A stretch of DNA of 50,201 bases from NCBI RefSeq assembly GCF_001194135.2, contig NC_068990.1:71929915-71980115 (forward strand), read 5' to 3'. Shown piece by piece: positions 49,946-50,201 of this stretch. This DNA is from Octopus bimaculoides (Eukaryota). How positions within the stretch are numbered: the first letter of the stretch is position 1; every line of letters starts with the position of its first letter. A program made the position numbers and the translations under genes. The notes under the pieces were generated by a model, which saw only the letters and a program-made list of their open reading frames with translations, had not been told where the DNA came from and did not search any database.

Positions 49946-50201
49946 AATCATCATTGTCACCATCAACATTTAACATCAATTTTCCATGCTAGCATGGGTT
50001 GGACAGCTTGACAGGAACTGGCAAGATCAGGAGTCACACCAGGTTCCATAGTCTGTTTTGGCTTGTTTTCTATGGCTGGATGCTTTTCCTAATGCCAGTC
50101 ACTTTACAGAGCATACTGAGTGCTTTTTACATGGCACATCCCCAGCGCCTGTTACATGACATAATGCTTTTTATGTGACACCTTGGTTAGGATATATATA
50201 T

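Overview
Repeat-dense eukaryotic draft-assembly sequence with many N-gaps, most next to microsatellites. The SINE/RTE/microsatellite repertoire looks like an octopus (coleoid cephalopod) genome; this is an inference from repeat families. No intact host gene can be identified with confidence, and most ORFs in the track are microsatellite or gap artefacts. Decayed coding remnants come from Penelope-like elements (three fragments), Hero and R4/Dong restriction-like-endonuclease LINEs, RTE LINEs, mariner, piggyBac and a Helitron helicase. Also present are many tRNA-derived SINEs, MITEs and fold-back elements. The most notable signals are: (1) a type I hammerhead ribozyme with an intact catalytic core on the minus strand at 28870-28918, preceded by an antisense copy of its own core; (2) a ~270-bp unit (tRNA-Arg-like head, (AAT)n, hammerhead, tail) directly after a Penelope GIY-YIG ORF, which recurs as an independent rearranged copy at 44.2-44.35 kb; (3) a young Helitron with both termini and captured fragments, plus a 99%-identical inverted copy 38 kb away; (4) a TE-free island at 35.9-36.5 kb with an RFX X-box match and overlapping open frames on both strands.
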